Under the pieces are notes generated by a model. It made no database searches and was not told the DNA's origin. It was given only the letters and a program-made list of their open reading frames with translations. A stretch of DNA of 64,000 nucleotides. Origin: Neoconidiobolus thromboides FSU 785 (lineage: Eukaryota; Fungi; Entomophthoromycota). The position numbers and the translations under genes are program-made. Location: contig MU626269.1 of the NCBI GenBank assembly GCA_025603075.1, positions 124,001-188,000 on the forward strand. Reading direction: 5' to 3'. Position 1 is the stretch's first letter. Every line of letters begins with the position of its first letter. Positions 62,632 to 64,000 of the stretch are shown one piece after another.

Positions 62632-62668
62632 TGGAAAAAGTAATGAAGTCAAAAAAAACATCCCCATA
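62632..62668 (+). mobile_element. MITE-like repeat, partial (right end)
   Basis: TGGAAAAAGTAATGAAGTCAAAAAAAACATCCCCATA. Confidence 0.8.
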
Positions 62669-62810
62669 CCATATATTGGAAATAAATTAGGAACAGAAAT
62701 ATTTATTCCGTAGGATACTCAAATTAGCAATGTAGTTTTTTAGAACTTTAGCTCTAGATAACCATGGAGACTGAACATAAGGAGAAAAAACAAATAAAGT
62801 AAATAAAAAA

Positions 62811-62871
62811 ATAAAAATAAAAATAAAAATAAAAATAAAAATAAAAATAAAAATAAAAATAAAAATAAAAA
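62811..62871. repeat. (TAAAAA)n microsatellite
   Basis: About 10 tandem hexamers. Confidence 0.85.
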
Positions 62872-63020
62872 CTATGGATTAGTAAGTTATCTTTAAAATA
62901 ACTTGAATAATATTTTATAACTATTTCAAAGGAAATACTAAATATATAATAATAAAGCTAGTAAAAAATCTTACTTTTTGGTATAATTTATTAGCAAGCA
63001 AGATAAATACTATATTTTAA

Positions 63021-63932
63021 CTATTTACAACATAAAAACCTACTAACCTTATCAACAAAAATTTGCCTTTGCTTGGCTATTCCTGTATGTAAAAACAATA
63101 AGATTAGTGAGTTAGTAACACTTCCAGAAAGGAACAGGAAAATTGCAGTTGAGTTTAAAGTTTTTTGAATTGGGGTACCAAATCCATATTTAAACTCAAA
63201 GTAAGTTTCAACTGAAAATAATATAATAGATCCAAGGGTGCAAATAATGTAGACGGCTAAAATTGAAAATAGTCGTATGGTTGCCCATTTTAAATTTTGG
63301 CTGACTTGAGATATATTGCTTGAGTCTGTAATTGTTTCAATATTAATTTTTATAAACTTTTTTGCTTGATTGGTTATAAACGCTATTTTAACATAGCAAA
63401 CAAAAATAGCAATTGAGCTTATAAACATACTTATTAAAAAGTGAAAGTAAGTGATTGCTGTTGTCAATGAGTAGGTTGGAGACATTAGACAAATAGCATT
63501 AGAAGCACTTGCTATTAATAAATGTTGAGAAGCTGAAGTGACCAAAAGCGCAAAAAAAGATAAAGCCATAATGGCGATTGGTATATATAATTTTTTTAAA
63601 TAAGGTTGTTTAGTTATATGTGACAGTCTCTCAATAGCAAGGATCAAATTCAAAATCACTTCATAATAAAAAACAGTTACAGATAAAAAACCTAAGATTT
63701 GGCATCCTACAACTTGATTTAAAGCTTTGATCCCAGTTATATAAAAGTAGACGATGTTGGCCCAGCCTATTAACGGTGTTAGATATTCAATACAACAGAT
63801 TGTTACAATGAATATTATATCCCTTGTTCTTGGTCGGATTTGTAAAGCAAAAGCTAGTATAAAACTGTTTAAGATGACTAGCGTCCCTGCAATTGCAAAT
63901 ATACAAATAGTAGCTGCTGTGTAGCTTGCCAT
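63021..63932 (-). CDS. Seven-transmembrane GPCR-like protein, paralog of 59877-60776
   Basis: Shared blocks (K/R)PRT(K/R)DIxFIxxICC, GCQ, LAxERLSHITK, IRxFSILAVY, EAYFE/ETYFExKxGFG. Confidence 0.8.
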   Translation of the reverse strand: MASYTAATICIFAIAGTLVILNSFILAFALQIRPRTRDIIFIVTICCIEYLTPLIGWANIVYFYITGIKALNQVVGCQILGFLSVTVFYYEVILNLILAIERLSHITKQPYLKKLYIPIAIMALSFFALLVTSASQHLLIASASNAICLMSPTYSLTTAITYFHFLISMFISSIAIFVCYVKIAFITNQAKKFIKINIETITDSSNISQVSQNLKWATIRLFSILAVYIICTLGSIILFSVETYFEFKYGFGTPIQKTLNSTAIFLFLSGSVTNSLILLFLHTGIAKQRQIFVDKVSRFLCCK

Positions 63933-64000
63933 TTTTTTAAAGAAAAAATATCAATCAATCGTTTATTTCCTATGATTATATACATTTCATATGGTTTATG

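Noticed and set aside
1-62668. Reading the dispersed ~103-bp repeats as a CRISPR array or as C/D snoRNAs (they contain GTGATGA)
   Set aside because: They are irregularly spaced, in both orientations, have TIRs, lie in a eukaryote with no cas genes, and have no matching D box.

Overview
Very AT-rich eukaryotic DNA with short GT-AG introns. It is fungal; the gene content (kelch-TM proteins, intronless 7TM receptors, short HSF paralogs) suggests an early-diverging lineage such as Entomophthoromycotina, which is an inference. Protein genes: a secreted class-3 lipase, a diaphanous-type formin, SDS22, two HSF-domain proteins, RPS11, TAN1, a Zn2Cys6 factor, two type-I membrane proteins, DLD2/D2HGDH, an ABHD12-like hydrolase, BLI-3, UPF1/NAM7, two orphans and two paralogous 7TM receptors. 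RNA genes: tRNA-Tyr, tRNA-Val, tRNA-Phe, two identical and atypical U6 snRNAs in an inverted duplication, and an enlarged U14 snoRNA plus a second C/D snoRNA candidate, each in an intron of an apparently non-coding host. A ~103-bp TA-flanked MITE-like repeat occurs 26 times (22 near-full, 4 partial). The main result is invisible in the ORF track: a decayed animal-architecture UHRF1 gene (prePHD-PHD, SRA, RING) at ~14.27-15.78 kb. It is broken by stops, frameshifts and a MITE, inside the densest MITE cluster of the window. All family assignments come from manual translation and remembered motifs; no searches were run.
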